The translations under genes and the position numbers were made by a program. This document shows, piece after piece, positions 61,049-64,000 of a DNA stretch of 64,000 bases; the first letter of the stretch is position 1, and the number at the start of each line of letters is the position of its first letter. This DNA comes from a virus. Under the pieces are notes generated by a model. The model ran no database searches and was not told the origin of the DNA. It was given only the letters and a program-made list of their open reading frames with translations. The stretch lies in IMG/VR virus record IMGVR_UViG_3300046501_000246. The stretch is one strand, 5' to 3'.

Positions 61049-61532
61049 TTTAAAAACTATGATCCTCGTCAAAGCTGCTCTATCTGGCCAATACGACAAG
61101 CAGAAAGTATCTAAGTACGATCACTGTGTCAGGGTTTCTAATAATGCATTAATGCTGGTGAAGCGTTACGACATTGCGGACGAAAAGCTCGCAAGTGATA
61201 TTTATCAAGTCGCACTGCTCCACGACGTACTTGAAGATAGCGATATTACGGCTTATGATCTCCATCTCTATGGATATAGCAATGCCATTATCGACGCGGT
61301 AGAGCTTTTGACTCACTATAACGAAGATGGAAGTTATTCAGACTATATCGATACGCTCTGCGCCAGCGGTAATATCACTGCTCTGATCGGCAAGCTGGCC
61401 GACAATATGGATAATACATCAATTGGACGCAATGCTGATCTTGATGATAAGTTTAAAGCCTACCTCAACAAGAGGTACGCTGGTGTGAGAGAGAAGCTTG
61501 AAGCAGCGATTGAAAAGGTTTTATCAGCATGA
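61038..61532 (+). CDS. RelA/SpoT-type HD hydrolase (small alarmone hydrolase-like)
   Basis: YDHCVRV, ALLHDVLEDS, AVELLTH, KLADNMDN. Confidence 0.8.
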   Translation: MPSNLKTMILVKAALSGQYDKQKVSKYDHCVRVSNNALMLVKRYDIADEKLASDIYQVALLHDVLEDSDITAYDLHLYGYSNAIIDAVELLTHYNEDGSYSDYIDTLCASGNITALIGKLADNMDNTSIGRNADLDDKFKAYLNKRYAGVREKLEAAIEKVLSA

Positions 61533-63688
61533 AACTTTTAAAGGAACATATCGAGTATTTTTTGGCTCAGGGCGCATTAAGCCCCGGAACTATACTTAAA
61601 ATTTTTACTGATTTAAACTTCAATAAAAGAGATGTTCAAACTATTATTCACAGTGGTTTTGATCGCGGTTATTGGCACTTAGATAAAAACATGTACGTGT
61701 CACTAGGGCCGTGGATTGGCGAAGTAAATGACTGAAGCTCAGATTAAACACATGGTTAACCGGTTTCTGACATGGAAACTGCCTGAAAACTTTAATCCAG
61801 ACGCAGGAATTAGCTTTAAGCCAGATTTTAATGAGAACACTCCGTGGCCCAAGAAGCATCAACCCTATGGCACCAATCTGCTCGACGCGGTTCAAGCCGA
61901 AGCAATGGTCCGTCACCTTCTTGAAGGAATTGAATAATGTGGCCCTCCGATCCTCTGACACAAGTCTTCGCCGTGATAGCATTGTATTTCACTGTGAAAT
62001 GGATTTTAATAATTATTAACAACAAAATTAATGGTACGAAAGACACATTCGAATGACAAATAATGTAAGTTCTTCATCTTCAAGTGGTATTGGTTTCGTC
62101 GGTCTCCTCACCATTCTTTTCATCGCTCTGAAGCTAACCGGCTTCATTGCTTGGTCTTGGCTATGGGTACTGTCTCCGCTCTGGATCGCGCCCCTAGTAA
62201 TTATCGCAATTCTCGTTCTTCTATTTCTAATCGCTCTTAAAATTGATGGTTCAAAAAGACGATGACTCTATTAGATTATTATTTACTTTGGGCCGGTTCG
62301 GGGCTTTTGGGCTGTGTCATAGGATTCTATATAGATTATTATCTAGGGAATGACTCTAGATTAAAGGATTTGCTAGGATTTATCACTCTTGCTCTAATTA
62401 TTGGACCTTTTGTTGCCGTGATGGCTATATCGTATTTCTGCTCAGAATTTAAAATTTTAGACAGAGTAATCATCCGTGGAAGGAAGAAAAATAATGACTG
62501 AGCATAACCACAAAGAATTGCGCGCCAAGTGGACCGCTGCGCTGCGATCCGGCGAATATGAGCAGGGCAAGAAAGACCTATGCACCCCTGACGGGGCATA
62601 TTGCTGCCTCGGTGTGGCTGGTAAAGTCATTGGACTGAGTGACTATGAGTTACGAGATATCCGCAATATGTCTGTTAACCCTTACGCGCTTGTGGCTAAA
62701 ACTTTTGGCCTTCGTGACGTGTTAGGGGAGTACAGCACGAATGCTTTGTTCCGTCACAACGACGTGGAAGGCTTGACCTTTGCCCAAATCGCGGATATAA
62801 TCGACGCCGAACCAGAAGGTTTGTTTGTTGATTAAAGGAGAACCAGACATGATTATCACAGCCCTCGTGCTAAGCGCTAACATCCTCTTCATCCAGAACG
62901 GGGAAATTAAGGTTGGTAAAGTGGTCAAGAAGTCTGGCTCTATTACTTACGTGCAAGATTGTGAAAACGAATCTCAGATTTACCGCATCCCTGTTCCTCG
63001 CGGGCAGGTCGTAGGTGCATATCGCGGCACTTGTGCCGACTTCAGATCATTGAAAAGGGAACTTAGGTGACGGTGGATTTTTGGAGCCTTTTTGGCTGGT
63101 GGTTTTTTGTAGGAATTTGTGAATATTTAGGCCTTACATTGTATGCCTTTGTTATGTTCGCCGTCTCTGAACGTTATTTTGGACTAGGCGGCGCAATTCT
63201 TGTCGGTTACACGGTTTGGTGTTCAATTTTTATTCTGCCAATTGCTTGGCTATGTTACGGATTTTATTTAATTGGTACACAATTTTAGATTAAGGCTTCG
63301 GCTACTGGTTCGCCGTTGGGCCTATCCATATTACGACTGTGAAAATTGCATCGGCATGATAGAACATGGATGTTACTGTTCGTATTACGACGCTTATAGT
63401 CCCGGCTCAGGTGATATTCCTTGGTGGGCCAAAATTTTAAGAAAGATTTAGTTTATGAAAATTGTTTTAGTAAGTGGCGATGATTGGGAAGGTCTGTATA
63501 TAAACGACTGTCTTATCACCGAAGGTCATAAAGTCACTGTGAGAGAAGTTGTTCAGGCTATTTCTGAACGCTTGATTCGTCTAGACATTACGTATGAATG
63601 GAAAGAAGCTGACTATGAATGGCTTCATGTCCGAGGCGACTTACCCCAAGAACTTAAGAAGGTTAAATTTTTAAATGACAACGTATAA
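61529..63688 (+). other. small hypothetical and membrane genes
   Basis: ORFs 61529-61735, 61728-61937, 62053-62265 (GIGFVGLLTILFIALKLTG), 62262-62501, 62476-62835 (CCLG motif), 62825-63070, 63067-63288, 63455-63688. Confidence 0.65.
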
Positions 63689-64000
63689 AGAATATCTAGA
63701 ACTTGCGGACAAGTTTTTCGCCGCGAAACGCGAACTTAAAGGTAGCCTCATCGAAGAAGGCATTACCGGTGTCCTGACCAATGTTCATTTCAAGACTCCC
63801 GGCCTTCCCATGAATGGCGCTCGTTATCCGAATCTTGGTGGCACGATTGAGATTGACACGAAGGGTCGATTTCTCGGCGGCGAGGTCATTTCTACAAGCA
63901 AAGTAGAAAAGATTTATGTCGAGAATGGCAGAACTTTTGCCAAGACCCATTATTCACTTTATGAATTAATTGATTTTGATCCCGAAACTATTCCAGAGGA
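63675..64000 (+). CDS. hypothetical protein, 3' end truncated by the window
   Basis: ATG 63675 (MTTYKEYLELADKFFAAKREL...) overlaps the previous stop and stays open to the window end; absent from the track because it has no stop. Confidence 0.6.
   Translation, partial: MTTYKEYLELADKFFAAKRELKGSLIEEGITGVLTNVHFKTPGLPMNGARYPNLGGTIEIDTKGRFLGGEVISTSKVEKIYVENGRTFAKTHYSLYELIDFDPETIPE

Overview
64 kb of a large lytic tailed-phage genome (Caudoviricetes). The host is not established; sigma70-type promoters lacking the -7 T hint at an alphaproteobacterium (inference). Layout: (1) 50-3163 (+), conserved phage hypotheticals. (2) 3128-9369 (-), packaging block with terminase large and small subunits, a RuvC-like resolvase and a degenerate HNH-AP2 protein. 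(3) 9370-10094, a 725-bp non-coding divergence point with nested direct repeats and a gap-free 116-bp imperfect inverted repeat (candidate origin), followed by a zinc-finger/pentapeptide-repeat two-gene operon. (4) 11.6-47.2 kb (-), about 90 mostly tiny genes cut into cassettes by a family of TTGAC-N17-TAA(G/T)AA promoters. This block also holds an N6-type methyltransferase, a nucleotidyltransferase, YqeY, a ClpB-like AAA+ protein with a dead first ring, an HNH-RNA ligase fusion and a deaminase. (5) 47.3-64 kb (+), accessory block with an ATP-grasp protein, an RNAP alpha-CTD homolog, a metallophosphoesterase, PnuC and NadR-like NAD salvage genes, a MotA/ExbB-ExbD-like membrane module and a RelA/SpoT-type HD hydrolase. 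Top observation: at 30697-31325 (-) two complete tRNA shells (acceptor stem, D arm, T arm, encoded CCA) lie in tandem. In each the anticodon loop is replaced by a 155-156 nt insert, and the two inserts share conserved ends and a covarying hairpin. They are separated by a 155-nt linker rich in T-loop hairpins. I found no canonical tRNA, rRNA, CRISPR array, integrase or transposase.
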